Shown piece after piece: positions 63,266 through 64,000 of a stretch of 64,000 nucleotides of DNA. Positions within the stretch are counted from its first letter, which is position 1. Every line of letters begins with the position of its first letter. The notes below the pieces were generated by a model. It saw only the letters and a program-made list of their open reading frames with translations. It did not search any database and was not told the origin of the DNA. The DNA lies in contig JANJGN010000013.1 of assembly GCA_026770705.1 (NCBI GenBank), forward strand, positions 57,722,001 to 57,786,000, given 5' to 3'. A program made the translations under genes and the position numbers. The DNA comes from Isurus oxyrinchus. Its lineage: Eukaryota.

Positions 63266-64000
63266 ATAATGTCTGACTAAAAAAATTCTCAAAAAGTGTC
63301 TTAATCCACTGATTGATTCACTCCAAATGCAGCAAATTATATTTCAGAATAAAGCCACTCTAACGGGGATTAATTAATAAAGTTAACAGGAACAGGGAGA
63401 AAATAACCGAAGATGATCTTGGGTTGAATGCCCCCTGCCCCCCCCCATGCTACTGGGTGCTACAGTGGGAGGCTTCAGTTGTAGATCATTACCTGTTCCA
63501 ATAAGAATTAAGATGTGAGCACAGAGTTTCTGTGCAGATGAGTTAAAATTGACCAAATGGCCTTCCTCATCTGTAGCTATCGAGTAATGTTGTGATCTTT
63601 ATTGATTTAGGATACTTCAATACAATTGGGATGCGGTTCTATTCCATTAAGTTTTATTCTGGGCCCTGGTCAACATACTAAAATGTCTGAAATGACGTTT
63701 GCTTGAGGTTTGGACAGGATCCCATTGTCTCTAACCAGGATCAGAATCAGATCATGTTCAATCAAGACAGTGGTCAGAGTAGATACTGATGTTGAAAGTA
63801 GCTCAGCTATAGTTACATTTATCTCAACTTTGTCCTTCCCCAGGGTCTGTTTCCTTTGCAACCTACTCCTGATGCATTCCAATAGCTTTGACCTCCTCTC
63901 TCTACCCCTTCCTTCCAGTACTATCCTCTTGCATCCCACATCCCTTGAATTCCATCTCACCTTTAGCTCCTTGTCCTGTTGTTTGAACTCATCGTCCTCA

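Noticed and set aside
1-64000. CRISPR array, rRNA or bona fide tRNA genes
   Set aside because: Eukaryotic DNA with no repeat-spacer array; tRNA-like boxes occur only in degenerate SINE heads.

Overview
Repeat-rich vertebrate genomic DNA, almost certainly from a cartilaginous fish (shark). The inference rests on the elasmobranch type II (lambda) Ig light-chain sequences and the repeat families. Left half (+ strand): two germline-joined leader-VJ lambda genes (3570-4109 and 19192-19690) and a single constant exon (22315-24046). That exon is split just before its second cysteine by a Penelope-like element (PLE) with a target-site duplication (TSD). Right half (- strand): GP1BB (38302-39056) and the last four coding exons of SEPTIN5 (56068-61611), so SEPTIN5-GP1BB sits about 14 kb from the Ig lambda constant exon. 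Between them is a processed AMD1 pseudogene fragment. One young PLE family (RT + GIY-YIG) inserts repeatedly as fold-back, inverted-repeat units from about 240 bp to 4.3 kb, each with a 13-18 bp TSD. Its terminus carries a minimal hammerhead-ribozyme-like motif with a non-canonical core (CUGUNGA). The rest is CR1, L2, RTE and Tx1 LINE fragments, tRNA-type SINEs, Harbinger relics and MITEs, plus a candidate lambda 3' enhancer (EICE/RUNX/MEF2-like cluster, about 36.9-37.2 kb). Repeat boundaries are approximate; exon boundaries were read by hand.
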